From NCBI GenBank assembly GCA_013822275.1, contig PNKC01000006.1, forward strand, positions 2,667 to 66,666: 64,000 nucleotides of DNA. The letters are read 5' to 3'. This document shows positions 46,375 through 56,311 of this stretch, in pieces. The DNA comes from Anaerolinea sp. (lineage in GTDB: Bacteria > Chloroflexota > Dehalococcoidia > Tepidiformales > Tepidiformaceae). The translations under genes were made by a program, and so were the position numbers. How positions within the stretch are numbered: the stretch's first letter is position 1; every line of letters starts with the position of its first letter. A model generated the notes under the pieces. The model did not search any database. It saw only the letters and a program-made list of their open reading frames with translations, and had not been told where the DNA came from.

Positions 46375-46380
46375 GGCAAC

Positions 46381-47451
46381 TCAGCTCAGGCCCCGCAGCT
46401 TCGGGTCCGCCCCGCCGTCCGCGATTTCGAGCGCGGAGCGGATGAGCATCTCGGTGCGTTCGCCGTACCCTTCGAAGCCCTCGCCAACCGTTTCGCCCGC
46501 CAGGAAGCGCGCGTGGATGCCCTCGCAGATGACGGCCAGCTTGTAGGTCGCGAGCACCTGGTAGAACTCGATATTGCTCACGTCCCGGCCGCTGAGTTTG
46601 CCGTAGTAGCCCACAAGTTCCGCGCGCGTGAAGAACCCGGGTTCGCGCGTCACGTGCGTTGTCGCCGTGGCAGCGCCGTACGAGGCGTCGTCCCCCAACT
46701 GGCCCCAGTAGCAGAGGGTATAGCCAAGGTCCGAGAGCGGGTCGCCGAGGGTGCACATCTCCCAGTCCAGGATCGCGGAAACTTCCCCGGCGTTGGCGCG
46801 GTCCAGGATCATGTTCCCCAGCCGGTAGTCGCCGTGGACGATCGTCGGCAAGGGCGACTCGGGGATGGCCTCGCGCAGGCGGCGGATGAGCTCCCGGATT
46901 TCGGGCAAGGGGCGCGTTTCGCTGCGGTCCCACTGTTCGCTCCAGCGCCGCACCTGGCGTTCAAGGTAGCCATCCGGGCGGCCAAAATCCCCGAGGCCGA
47001 CGGCGTTGTAGTCCACGGCGTGCAGCTTCACGAGCGTCTCGATGAGCCCGCGACTGATCGCCTGGCGCTCCTCGAAGGTTTGGGCGAAGCCCGCCGGGAT
47101 TTCGTCGGCGATAATCACGCCGTCCACGAAGTCCATCACGTAAAACGGGGCGCCATTCACCGCGTTGTCTTCGCAGAGCGCGACCGTGCGCGGCACGGGG
47201 ACGCCGGTGCCCCAGAGGGCGGTGATAACGCGGTACTCGCGCGCCATGTCGTGGGCGGTTGGGAGGACATGGCCGAGAGGCGGGCGCCGGAGTACCCAGG
47301 CCCTCTCCCCCGCGGCAACCCTGTAGGTAAGGTTCGACCTCCCGCCACTGATGAGCGTCACGGTCAGGGGGACGTCGCCGCCTGGCACGTGCGTGGCGAA
47401 GTAACGGGAGACGCCGTCGAGGTCGATCCCGGCGGGTGCAGTGTGGTTCAT
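46381..47451 (-). CDS. phosphotransferase (APH-like kinase) family protein
   Basis: IVHGDYRLGNMILD catalytic loop and ILDWEMCTLGDPLSDLG motif. Confidence 0.75.
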   Translation of the reverse strand: MNHTAPAGIDLDGVSRYFATHVPGGDVPLTVTLISGGRSNLTYRVAAGERAWVLRRPPLGHVLPTAHDMAREYRVITALWGTGVPVPRTVALCEDNAVNGAPFYVMDFVDGVIIADEIPAGFAQTFEERQAISRGLIETLVKLHAVDYNAVGLGDFGRPDGYLERQVRRWSEQWDRSETRPLPEIRELIRRLREAIPESPLPTIVHGDYRLGNMILDRANAGEVSAILDWEMCTLGDPLSDLGYTLCYWGQLGDDASYGAATATTHVTREPGFFTRAELVGYYGKLSGRDVSNIEFYQVLATYKLAVICEGIHARFLAGETVGEGFEGYGERTEMLIRSALEIADGGADPKLRGLS

Positions 47452-47598
47452 CGGCGCAAGTATATCGAGTCGCCCGCGCGAGGTTCTGGTCTGGGGGACG
47501 AGACGAGGGATTCGCCTTTTAGCCGCGCCGCTTTCTTTCTCGGAGAACTTCTCTTATCCTCTGCAAATCGCAGACGAAGTTCGTGGGAACGATAGCTT

Positions 47599-48690
47599 TT
47601 GAACGGTTTAACAGATTTACGATTGTGCGGGTGGCAGGCGGCCAACATGGCTCGCGATGAGTGGGACAGGGCCCGCGCCGCGGCGGAAGCGCACGGCCAT
47701 CCACGGATGCAGGTCTCGAGTTGCCAACGGATCGAGGTCTACCACTTCGGCGAATGCGCCTGCAACGCGACGATGAGCGCGAAGGGCACGGCTGCCCTCA
47801 GTCACCTCGCCGAAGTTGCCGCCGGGCTCCACTCGGTGGTCCTTGGGGAGCGGGAGATCCTGGGCCAGGTGAGGGCGGGGGCGGCGGACGCCGAGGGCGA
47901 ACTCGAACGGCTGGCCCGTGTTGCGATCGCGGCGGCGCGAGACCTGCGCGAGGAAGCTTCGCTGGAGGCGAATACCGGCCACCTTCTGGACCGTGCCCTG
48001 CGCCACCTGGGCCGGGAAGCCGCGGGCACCATCGCCGTCGTGGGCGCGGGCGCCACGGCCCGCGCGGTCGCCGCACGTGCCCACGCCATCGGGTTCGAGA
48101 AGGTCGTCGTCGCATCTCGCACGGCCCCGGATGCGCCCTGGTTCGATGAGTGCCAGGCCGTCCACGTCCCGCTGCCGGAAATGGCCAGCGTTACCGCCGG
48201 TGTGGTCGTGACCTGTCTCGGCTCGGAGGCGGCGCCGCTCAGCGCGCGAATGCTCCCCTCGGCTGGGATGCTGATCGACCTGGGCATACCGCCAAATACG
48301 GTGGGCGATTTCACGGTGCCGGTTGTGACGATGGCTACCCTCTGGAACTCGGAGTTCGGCCGCCCGCACTCCGATTCGCGCCGGGCGGAACTGGGCGAGA
48401 AGCTCGGCCACCGGCTCGAACACCGGCTGCGGATGCTCCGCGAGGATGGCTCCTCACCGGTGGGCTCCGTACGTCGAGCGGTGGAGCGCATCCGGCAGCA
48501 AGAGATCGAGCGCTCGCGGCGCCTTCACCCGGACATCCCGGCCGCGGCGCTGGAGACGATCACGCGGTCGCTGGTGAACCAGATCTTCCATCTCCCCTCC
48601 CAGCGCTTGCGGAGCGAAGCGGACCCCTCGTTCGCCCGCGAATTCGCCGCGCTGTTCACGCCAACCGAAATCACGGAGCATGCCCAATGA
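47599..48690 (+). CDS. hemA: glutamyl-tRNA reductase (compact form)
   Basis: Active-site Cys in SSCQRIEVY, NADPH-binding IAVVGAGATARAV, and C-terminal ...ITRSLVNQIFHLPSQRL. Start uncertain (TTG 47599 or ATG 47647). Confidence 0.8.
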   Translation: MNGLTDLRLCGWQAANMARDEWDRARAAAEAHGHPRMQVSSCQRIEVYHFGECACNATMSAKGTAALSHLAEVAAGLHSVVLGEREILGQVRAGAADAEGELERLARVAIAAARDLREEASLEANTGHLLDRALRHLGREAAGTIAVVGAGATARAVAARAHAIGFEKVVVASRTAPDAPWFDECQAVHVPLPEMASVTAGVVVTCLGSEAAPLSARMLPSAGMLIDLGIPPNTVGDFTVPVVTMATLWNSEFGRPHSDSRRAELGEKLGHRLEHRLRMLREDGSSPVGSVRRAVERIRQQEIERSRRLHPDIPAAALETITRSLVNQIFHLPSQRLRSEADPSFAREFAALFTPTEITEHAQ

Positions 48691-49826
48691 CCATGCTGAC
48701 GGGGCCCACTGAACTTGAAGACGAGACGAACCGGCGGATCCTCCACATATCCGAAGACCGGATAGCGGGGTTCGAACGCGACCCGTTCGGCCGCATTGCC
48801 GAGGAGTCGGGCGTCGCGCTCGACACGGTCCTCGAACGCATCCGCGCGATGCTCGAGGCGGGCGTCATCCGGCGGGTGCGACAGACGCTGATGGCCACCA
48901 ACCTGGCGCCGGGGGCGCTGGCGGCCTGGCAGGTGTCCCAGGACAACCTCCACCAGGCGTTCGACGACCTCTTCCAGAACGACCCGTTCTCCGGCCATGT
49001 CGTCATCCGCACGACGGACGCGGAGACGCCGGGCTCGGCCTACCGCCTCTGGACGACGCTCAAGGTGCCGCAGGGCTTCTCCATCGAGAAGCACGCCACC
49101 TATCTCGCGGAACGGATCGGCGCGAAAGAATACCGGCTGATGCCCGCCAGGTGCCTCTTCGTGCTCGGTGTTGGCCACATGCGCCGCCGCGCGATTGGAC
49201 CTGGCTCAAAGTCCGAGGCGCTGGCTAATGCGACGAACACTACTGTCGTCGAACTCAGCGAGATTGAGTGGCGGGTGCTTGAGGCCGTGAAGCGCGAACT
49301 GGCGCCGGCCGAAGTCGCGCGCGACCTGTGGGCGCTCCGCGCCGAGGAAGCCGGAATTGCGCTGGAAGAGTTCTACCAGGTTGCCGAGGGGCTGAACGCC
49401 CGCGGCGTCGTGGGGCGGTTCTCCACGTTCCTGGAGCACGTGAAGGAGTTGAGCACGGGCGAACGCGTGACCCGCTACAACGCCCTCTTCCACTGGGCCG
49501 TCCCGCCTGGGCGCGAACTTGAGGCAGGCCGCGAAGTTGGCCGCCACCACATCCTCACCCATGCCTACTGGCGTGAAGGCGGGCCGGAGTTCGCCAACGT
49601 CAACATCATGGCTGTCGCCCACGGGATGGAAAAACCGGCCGTCCTCGCCCACAAGGCGGCGATCGACGAGCACCTCGCGGCCTGCGGCATTCCGGTCTCC
49701 TACACAAACGTGTTCTGGGGCGGACGCAGCGAGATCAAGCCATCCGAAGTTTCGCCGTTCGCCTACGAACGCTGGTGCCGCGACACCGGCATTAACCCAG
49801 AGAGCATGCGCGCGGAGGTGCGTTGA
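48687..49826 (+). CDS. fused AhbA/AhbB (NirD/L/G/H)-like siroheme decarboxylase family protein
   Basis: Two tandem Lrp/AsnC-like modules. The first is [48 protein letters not shown]...LWTTL. The second is EWRVLEAV...[11 protein letters not shown]...[10 protein letters not shown]...THAYWRE. ATGA overlap with hemA. Confidence 0.6.
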   Translation: MTMLTGPTELEDETNRRILHISEDRIAGFERDPFGRIAEESGVALDTVLERIRAMLEAGVIRRVRQTLMATNLAPGALAAWQVSQDNLHQAFDDLFQNDPFSGHVVIRTTDAETPGSAYRLWTTLKVPQGFSIEKHATYLAERIGAKEYRLMPARCLFVLGVGHMRRRAIGPGSKSEALANATNTTVVELSEIEWRVLEAVKRELAPAEVARDLWALRAEEAGIALEEFYQVAEGLNARGVVGRFSTFLEHVKELSTGERVTRYNALFHWAVPPGRELEAGREVGRHHILTHAYWREGGPEFANVNIMAVAHGMEKPAVLAHKAAIDEHLAACGIPVSYTNVFWGGRSEIKPSEVSPFAYERWCRDTGINPESMRAEVR

Positions 49827-50827
49827 TGGAGTACCGCAAGATCCATGGCACGCCGCTTACCGTCTCCGCGGTCGGTTTCGGCGTCTGGACCGTCGGCACC
49901 ACGTGGTGGGGAGTCAGAGACCGCCAAACCGGCATCCGCCTGCTCCGCCAGGCGTTTGACCTGGGTGTCACCTTCTTCGACACCGCTGACACCTACGCCA
50001 GCGGCGACGCCGAGACCATCCTCCAGGAGGCCCTCGGCGACGTTCGCGACCAGATCGTGATCGGGACGAAGTTCGGCTACGACATCTACAACCACCCGGA
50101 CCGGCCGGGCCAGCAGGAACGCCCGCACGACTGGTCGCCCAAGCACATGCGCCACGCTCTTGAGCAGTCGCTCCGGAGGCTTGGCACCGGCCACATCGAC
50201 CTCTACCAACTCCACAACCCGCGCCTGGACGCGATCCAGCGAGACGACCTCTGGGAGGAGCTGGAGCGTGCGAAGGATGAGGGCCTCATCCGCGCCCTCG
50301 GGACCGCGATGGGCCCGGCCTTCGACCTGCGCCAGGTCGCGGAGGGCGTCGACTCGATTGAGCGCCGGGCGGCGCCGCCGCAGATCATCTACAACCTTCT
50401 CGAACAGGAGATCGGCGCGGGGATCTTCCCCACGGCGCGAGCGCATGGCGTTTCGGTGCTCGTCCGCGTGCCGCACGCCTCCGGGCTGCTTGATGGAAGC
50501 GTCAGGAAGGACACGGTCTTCGAACCCGGCGACCACCGCAACTGGCGCGTGACGACGAACGAACGCCGCCGGGCCTTCATGGAGGACGGCCTCGCCAGGG
50601 TCGAGCGCCTGCGGTTCATCGAAGACGGCCGGACAATCGGTCAGGCCGCCATCCAGTTCATCCTCCACGAACCGTCTGTCGCCTCTGTCCTGCCGAACAT
50701 CTACGACGCGGAGGGCCTGAAAGAGTTCGCGACCTTCGATTCCGCCCGCCCGCTGAGCGACGACGACTATGCAACGGTGCAGCGGCTGCACGCCGAGAAC
50801 TTCGGACTCCAGCCGGCCGCGATCTGA
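49826..50827 (+). CDS. aldo/keto reductase
   Basis: GFGVWTVG..., [23 protein letters not shown] and [13 protein letters not shown] motifs. TGATG 1-nt overlap with the upstream gene. Confidence 0.85.
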   Translation: MEYRKIHGTPLTVSAVGFGVWTVGTTWWGVRDRQTGIRLLRQAFDLGVTFFDTADTYASGDAETILQEALGDVRDQIVIGTKFGYDIYNHPDRPGQQERPHDWSPKHMRHALEQSLRRLGTGHIDLYQLHNPRLDAIQRDDLWEELERAKDEGLIRALGTAMGPAFDLRQVAEGVDSIERRAAPPQIIYNLLEQEIGAGIFPTARAHGVSVLVRVPHASGLLDGSVRKDTVFEPGDHRNWRVTTNERRRAFMEDGLARVERLRFIEDGRTIGQAAIQFILHEPSVASVLPNIYDAEGLKEFATFDSARPLSDDDYATVQRLHAENFGLQPAAI

Positions 50828-50834
50828 GGGAAAC

Positions 50835-51623
50835 ATGTCTCACCACCCCGAACCCGCAGCCCCCGCCGGCCCGCCACCTCGCCGCGGTCCGATGGTTGAC
50901 CTGGACCCCAGCGGCCAGGTCACCGGCAAAGAGCCGGACCGCGCCACGCGCCAGTTCCTCCGCTACGCCTTCTACAGGGTGGACCCCGGCTTCCGCCGCC
51001 TGCCCGTGCCCCAACGGGTCGCTGCACGGGACGAATTCCGGGAGCTATTGGAAGCCAGGCTCGCTGCGGACTACCCGATCCTGCGCACCTACTCGCTCGT
51101 TGGCCTGCGTGGCGACTGCGATTTCATGCTCTGGAGCATCGCGAACAATCCCCTCTGCTTCCAGGAGTTGCAGGCGGCAATCAACCGCACGGCGCTGGGC
51201 GCCTACCTGGAGGTCGCCCACAGCTTCGTTTCCATGCAGAAGCGGAGCCAATACGTGAACCGGATTGAAGGCTCAGGCAACGGCGTGGAGCTGCTGCCGG
51301 GCGAAGGCAAGTACCTCTTCATCTACCCGTTCGTGAAGACGCGGCCCTGGTACGCGCTCAGTCCTCATGCTCGCCAGGGGATGATGGATGAGCACATCGC
51401 CGCCGCCTCGCCGTTCAAGGGCGTGCGCATCAACACCAGCTACAGCTACGGCATCGACGACCAGGAGTTCGTGGTCTCGTTCGATTCGGACTACCCCCAG
51501 GAGTTCGTGGACCTCGTCGGCCGCCTCCGCTACACGCAAGCGAGCCTCTACACCCAGCGCGACACGCCCATGTTCACCTGCGCGAAAGTCACCCCCGGCG
51601 GCCTGCTGGAACAGATCGGTTGA
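50835..51623 (+). CDS. chdC: coproheme decarboxylase (HemQ/ChdC, chlorite-dismutase family)
   Basis: KYLFIYPFVKTRPWYALSPHARQGMMDEHIAAASPF...EFVVSFDSDYPQEFVDLVGRLRYTQASLYT resembles actinobacterial-type HemQ. Pro-rich N-terminal extension. Confidence 0.75.
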   Translation: MSHHPEPAAPAGPPPRRGPMVDLDPSGQVTGKEPDRATRQFLRYAFYRVDPGFRRLPVPQRVAARDEFRELLEARLAADYPILRTYSLVGLRGDCDFMLWSIANNPLCFQELQAAINRTALGAYLEVAHSFVSMQKRSQYVNRIEGSGNGVELLPGEGKYLFIYPFVKTRPWYALSPHARQGMMDEHIAAASPFKGVRINTSYSYGIDDQEFVVSFDSDYPQEFVDLVGRLRYTQASLYTQRDTPMFTCAKVTPGGLLEQIG

Positions 51624-51662
51624 ACATCCACGCTCCCGGCGCGCAACAATGGAACGCGCGAA

Positions 51663-53150
51663 ATGAATGAGGGACATGTCTGGATCGTTGGTGCAGGCCC
51701 TGGAGACCCCGGGCTGCTGACCGTGGCCGGGGCGGCGGCCCTGGCGCGGGCCGAAGTCGTCCTGTACGACGCGCTCTCGTCGCCGGCTCTGTTGCGTGGC
51801 GTCCCGGCGGAGGCCGAGCTCGTCTACGTTGGCAAACGCGCCGGCCAGCACGCGATGAAGCAGGAGGAGATGAACACCCTTCTGGTGGCCCACGCGCGGC
51901 GGGGCAGGCGCGTCGTGCGGCTCAAGGGGGGCGACCCCTTCGTCTTCGGGCGCGGCAGCGAAGAAGCGCTCGCCTGCCGCGCGGCGGGTGTGCCGTTCAC
52001 CATTGTGCCCGGCATCAGTTCGGCAATCGCGGCCCCCGCATATGCGGGCATCCCGGTGACGCACCGGGGGCTGGCGGCGAACTTCATGGTTATCACCGGC
52101 AACGACGCCGGGACGGAGAATTCCGGGACCGACTGGGCTGTCGCCGCCCGCGCGGACGCGCTCGTGATCCTCATGGGGGTGTCCACCCTCGCCCAGGACA
52201 TGGAACTGCTGCGTGGTGCCGGGAAGCCGGCCGAAACGCCCGTCGCCTGCATTCGCTGGGGCACGCGGCCCGACCAGCGGGTCCTCCGCGGGACAATCGG
52301 GACGATCGCCGGACTGGCCGCTGAGGCCGGGCTCGAATCCCCCGTCGTCACGGTCGTGGGGGCCGTGGCCGCCCTGGCTGGCGACCTTGCCTGGTTCGAA
52401 CCCGGCCCCCTGGCGGGGAAATCCATCGTGGTCACTCGCGCCCGTACGCAGAGCAGCGACCTCGCGGCGCGGTTCGAAGCCCTCGGCGCGTACGTGGTGC
52501 AAGCGCCCGCGATTCGCGTCCGCCTGCTCCCCGGGAACATCACCAACGATGAGCGCGTCTCCTCGCGCTGGGACTGGATCGTGTTCGCCAGCCAGAACGG
52601 CGTGGAGTCGTTCTTCGCGGCCCTGCGACAGGGTAGGCGAGACGCCCGTACTCTCGGTACGACGCAGGTCGCGGCCATCGGCGAAGCAACGACCGCAGCG
52701 CTCCTTGCCAACGGGATCGTCCCGGACTTCCAGCCGTCACGCGCCACGTCGGCGGTGCTGGCCGCAGAACTGCCTCGCGTTTCGGGCGCGCGCATCTTTC
52801 TGCCCTCCAGCAGCCTGGCGGACGACCAGCTTGCCCAGGCGCTGCGCAAGCGAGGTGGGCACGTGGAGCAGGTCGCGGCCTACGAAACGCTTCCCGAACC
52901 GCTTGACGACGAACGGCTCCGGCAGGTGCTGAGCGCCGACGCCATCACCTTCACCAGCGCCTCCACCGCCAGGAACCTGCGGGCGGCCCTGGGGGAAGCA
53001 CAAGTCCCTGCCTCCACGAAGCTCGTGTCCATCGGTGAGCAGACGAGTGATGCCGTGCGTGAGTGCTTCGGGCGCCTCGATGCGCAAGCGGACGAGGCAT
53101 CGCTCGACGCCCTGGTCGCCGCAACGCGGGAGGCCCTGCCATGGGGATGA
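51663..53150 (+). CDS. cobA: bifunctional uroporphyrinogen-III C-methyltransferase / uroporphyrinogen-III synthase
   Basis: N-terminal SUMT (VWIVGAGPGDPGLLT...VVRLKGGDPFVFGRG). The C-terminal about 240 aa are HemD-like (KSIVVTRA...WIVFASQNGV...ITFTSAST). Confidence 0.85.
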   Translation: MNEGHVWIVGAGPGDPGLLTVAGAAALARAEVVLYDALSSPALLRGVPAEAELVYVGKRAGQHAMKQEEMNTLLVAHARRGRRVVRLKGGDPFVFGRGSEEALACRAAGVPFTIVPGISSAIAAPAYAGIPVTHRGLAANFMVITGNDAGTENSGTDWAVAARADALVILMGVSTLAQDMELLRGAGKPAETPVACIRWGTRPDQRVLRGTIGTIAGLAAEAGLESPVVTVVGAVAALAGDLAWFEPGPLAGKSIVVTRARTQSSDLAARFEALGAYVVQAPAIRVRLLPGNITNDERVSSRWDWIVFASQNGVESFFAALRQGRRDARTLGTTQVAAIGEATTAALLANGIVPDFQPSRATSAVLAAELPRVSGARIFLPSSSLADDQLAQALRKRGGHVEQVAAYETLPEPLDDERLRQVLSADAITFTSASTARNLRAALGEAQVPASTKLVSIGEQTSDAVRECFGRLDAQADEASLDALVAATREALPWG

Positions 53151-53671
53151 TGATCGACCTCCGCCCCGATGCCGGCCCAGCGCTCATCGTCGGCGGCGGC
53201 GCCGTGGCGACGCGCAAGGCCAGGGGCCTGGCCGAGGCTGAGTTCCGGATGACGGTCATCGCGCCTGTTATCGACGAAGCCATCCGCGCCCTGCCCTGGG
53301 TGACGGTGATCGAACGTGTCTTCGAGGCGAGCGACCTGCCCTGGGACACGGGCTACTCGCTCGTGTTCGCCTGCACGAGTTCTCGCGCCGTCAACAAGGA
53401 AGTGGGCCGGCTAGCGCGGGCGGCGCGCATCCCCGTCGTCGTGGCCGATTCCCAGCCTGAGAGCACATTCTTCACCCCGGCGGTCATCCGCGACGGCGAC
53501 CTCGCCATCGCGGTTTCCACCGGCGGCGCCTCGCCCACGCTGGCCCGCTCCATCCGCGAACAGATCGTGGCGGCCCTCGGACCCGGCTGGGGCAAGGTCG
53601 TTGGGCTCGCCCGCTCGGAACGGCTGACGCGGCAAGCCGCGAAGGCCCCACGACGAAAGGACGGCGCGTGA
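53141..53671 (+). CDS. precorrin-2 dehydrogenase / sirohydrochlorin ferrochelatase family (SirC/CysG N-terminal-like)
   Basis: ALIVGGGAVATRKARGL Rossmann motif and ...DLAIAVSTGGASPTLARSIRE. 10-nt overlap with the upstream gene. Confidence 0.8.
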   Translation: MGMMIDLRPDAGPALIVGGGAVATRKARGLAEAEFRMTVIAPVIDEAIRALPWVTVIERVFEASDLPWDTGYSLVFACTSSRAVNKEVGRLARAARIPVVVADSQPESTFFTPAVIRDGDLAIAVSTGGASPTLARSIREQIVAALGPGWGKVVGLARSERLTRQAAKAPRRKDGA

Positions 53672-54390
53672 GCCGGGCGCTGCTCCTCGCGGGCCACGGG
53701 TCCCATCTGAACGCGGATTCGAGCGCTCCCGTGTACGCGCACGCGGCGCGCCTCCGCGAACGCGGGATGTTCGATGAGGTACGGATAGCCTTCTGGAAGG
53801 AGGAGCCTTCGTTGTCCCGCGCGCTGGATGGCTGCGATGCAGACGAGATCACGGTCGTGCCCGTTTTCATGTCCGCCGGCTACTTCACCAACGAAGTCAT
53901 CCCGCGCGAGATGGGGCTCAACGGCCGGAAGTGCTGCATCCGCGGCAAGACCGTGCGCTACACGGCGCCGGTTGGCGGCCACCCGTCGCTCGCCAGGGTG
54001 GTTGTCCAGCGGGCGCTGGAGGCCGGAGCCACCGGGGACGAAGCGCTGGCCGTCCTTGGACATGGGACGGAGCGCCACCGCCAGTCCGAGGCCAACGTCT
54101 ACCAGCAATCGGAGTTCGTCCGCGCGCTTGGCGCGTTTCCCGAGGTTTTGACCGTCTTCCTCGACCAGCAGCCGGGGATGATGGACGTGTTCGACCTCAC
54201 GGCCAGGGCGGAGGTGGTCGTTGTGCCGCTGTTCATCGCCGATGGCTGGCACGCGGGTGAGACCATCCCCGAGGGCCTTGGTGATTTGCGCGAGGATGGC
54301 CGCCGCCTGCACTACGCCGGGGCCGTTGGCACCCACCCCAGCGTCGCGGATGTCATCCTGGAACTCGCCGCCGAGGCCGCCGCATGGTGA
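53668..54390 (+). CDS. CbiX/SirB-type sirohydrochlorin chelatase (two CbiX repeats)
   Basis: LLAGHGSH... and LAVLGHGTE... repeats, each followed by VVP(V/L)F(M/I). GTGA overlap with sirC. Confidence 0.8.
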   Translation: MSRALLLAGHGSHLNADSSAPVYAHAARLRERGMFDEVRIAFWKEEPSLSRALDGCDADEITVVPVFMSAGYFTNEVIPREMGLNGRKCCIRGKTVRYTAPVGGHPSLARVVVQRALEAGATGDEALAVLGHGTERHRQSEANVYQQSEFVRALGAFPEVLTVFLDQQPGMMDVFDLTARAEVVVVPLFIADGWHAGETIPEGLGDLREDGRRLHYAGAVGTHPSVADVILELAAEAAAW

Positions 54391-55040
54391 AACGCGAGCC
54401 GTACGCCTTCGGCCAACTCCGCATCGAGTTCGACGTTCAGACGCCCGTTGTCCACGGCCCGGCAGCAACAGGCGAGGAACGGCGGATCGAAGCCCGTGAA
54501 GACGCGCTGCGCGAATGGGTGCGTGATGACGCACTGGGGCGGTACCGGCCGCTGCCAACGGCGAGGACGATGCGGCCTGGCTGGTACGTGCGTTGCGAAC
54601 CTGGCTTTTCGCTCGACGACGCCCTGGAAGTGATCTACCCGCTCGCCGTGCGCCACCAGCGGATGCTCGCGGAAGGGACGCTTCGGCTCGTGTCTCTGCA
54701 AAGAGTGTTTGACCGCCAGTCGGGGCGCTATCGCGCGGCTGGGAAACTCTCCGCGGCTGGCCGCGAAGCTGCCCGGCGGGTGCTCTGCAACCGCTGCGTG
54801 AAGGTGCCGCTCTGGGATGGCGAGACGGCCGGGTCGAAGGACATCCCCTGCCCCGAACCGTGCAGCCTGATGCTCTCACTCTGCCGCGAAGCCGCGCTCT
54901 GGGAGGAGGCGCCGCCCGCTCCCGCTCCCATCGACCCCTCTGTCGCCTGGGCCGCGTTCGATGAACCTGGCAACGAAATCCGCGAAACGTACCTGCGGGA
55001 ACGGTCCGCACCAGCCAATGAAGTAGGCTTGCTCCGATGA
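54384..55040 (+). CDS. DR2241-like protein with Cys cluster (putative 4Fe-4S domain)
   Basis: 218 aa. CNRCVKVPLW...PCPEPCSLMLSLC cysteine pattern. Family assignment is from memory of CbiX-DR2241 fusion proteins. Overlaps the cbiX stop and the hemL start. Confidence 0.45.
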   Translation: MVKREPYAFGQLRIEFDVQTPVVHGPAATGEERRIEAREDALREWVRDDALGRYRPLPTARTMRPGWYVRCEPGFSLDDALEVIYPLAVRHQRMLAEGTLRLVSLQRVFDRQSGRYRAAGKLSAAGREAARRVLCNRCVKVPLWDGETAGSKDIPCPEPCSLMLSLCREAALWEEAPPAPAPIDPSVAWAAFDEPGNEIRETYLRERSAPANEVGLLR

Positions 55041-56311
55041 CTAACGCCGCCACCCGCGATGCCGCCCGCCAGCTCTTCCCGGGCGGGGTGAACAGCCCCG
55101 TCCGCTCGTTCCGCTCGGTTGGCGGGGGTGCAATCCCCATCGTCCGAGGCGAAGGCGCGCTCATTTTCGATACGGAAGGCAACCGCTACATCGATTACAT
55201 CGCGGCGTTCGGCCCGCTGATCCTCGGCCACGCCCCCGCGCCCGTTGTCGAAGCCGTGCGCAAGGCGGCGGGCGAAGGCACCGCCTTCGGCGCGCTCACG
55301 CCCGGCGAAGTGGAGCTGGGGCGGCGCGTCACGGAGGCGACCGGGCTCGAACGCATCCGCTTCGTCAACTCCGGCACGGAAGCAACGATGACCGCCATCC
55401 GGCTCGCGCGGGCGGCCACGGGGCGCGACATCATCGTGAAGTTCGACGGCTGCTACCACGGCCACAGCGACGGCCTCCTCGTGAAGGCCGGCAGCGGCGT
55501 CGCGACCATGGGCCTGAGCGATTCAGCGGGCGTCCCCGAGCAGATCGCCGGTCTCACGGCCGTCCTCCCCTACAGCGACGCGCCGGCGCTCGAAGCGTGG
55601 TTCAGGGAGCACGGCGAGCAGACGGCCGCCGTCATCGTGGAATCGATCGCGGGCAACATGGGCCTCGTGCCACCGGCGCAGCCGTTCCTTGATGCGCTTC
55701 AGTCAGCGCCGGCGAAATACGGGGCCCTGCTCATCGCGGACGAAGTGATCACCGGCTTCCGGATGCGCTACGGCCTCTCGGACCTGCTACCCGGCGCGGA
55801 CCTCGTCTGCCTCGGCAAGATCATCGGCGGCGGGCTGCCCGTCGGGGCGTTTGGCGGCTCCGCGAAGCTAATGTCGCTGATCGCGCCGGAAGGGCCGGTC
55901 TACCAGGCCGGGACGCTCAGCGGCAACCCGCTGGTGATGGCGGCGGGCGTGGCGATGCTCGATACACTCGCTGACGGCGCGCCATACAAGCGCGCGGACG
56001 AACTGGCGCGGCACCTCGAAAACGGGCTGAACGCTGCCATCAAGCGCGCCGAGGTGACCGCCAGCGTAGTCCGCATGGGCTCCATGCTCACGCTCTTCTT
56101 CCGGCGGGCCGTCCCCACGGATTACGCCGAAGCGCGCGAATCCGATACCGGCCTCTTCGCGCGCTACCATTCGGCCATGCTCGCGCGCGGGATAATGCTG
56201 CCGCCCTCACAGTTCGAAACGCTCTTCGTCTCGGCGGCGCACAACGAAGCCGCGATCGACGAGACGGTGAAGGCGGCGCACGAGTCGCTGCGGGAGATTG
56301 CGGCATCGTGA
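55037..56311 (+). CDS. hemL: glutamate-1-semialdehyde 2,1-aminomutase
   Basis: FPGGVNSPVRSF...YIDYI..FGPLILGH...LIADEVITGFR...LGKIIGGGLPVGAFGG. Confidence 0.93.
   Translation: MTNAATRDAARQLFPGGVNSPVRSFRSVGGGAIPIVRGEGALIFDTEGNRYIDYIAAFGPLILGHAPAPVVEAVRKAAGEGTAFGALTPGEVELGRRVTEATGLERIRFVNSGTEATMTAIRLARAATGRDIIVKFDGCYHGHSDGLLVKAGSGVATMGLSDSAGVPEQIAGLTAVLPYSDAPALEAWFREHGEQTAAVIVESIAGNMGLVPPAQPFLDALQSAPAKYGALLIADEVITGFRMRYGLSDLLPGADLVCLGKIIGGGLPVGAFGGSAKLMSLIAPEGPVYQAGTLSGNPLVMAAGVAMLDTLADGAPYKRADELARHLENGLNAAIKRAEVTASVVRMGSMLTLFFRRAVPTDYAEARESDTGLFARYHSAMLARGIMLPPSQFETLFVSAAHNEAAIDETVKAAHESLREIAAS

Noticed and set aside
53353-55182. 609-aa minus-strand ORF across sirC/cbiX/DR2241-like genes. Similar long antisense ORFs occur at 4883-6616, 15495-16949, 42511-44010, 36935-37945 and 19425-20738.
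   Set aside because: All lie opposite genes with clear family signatures and show shadow-frame composition.
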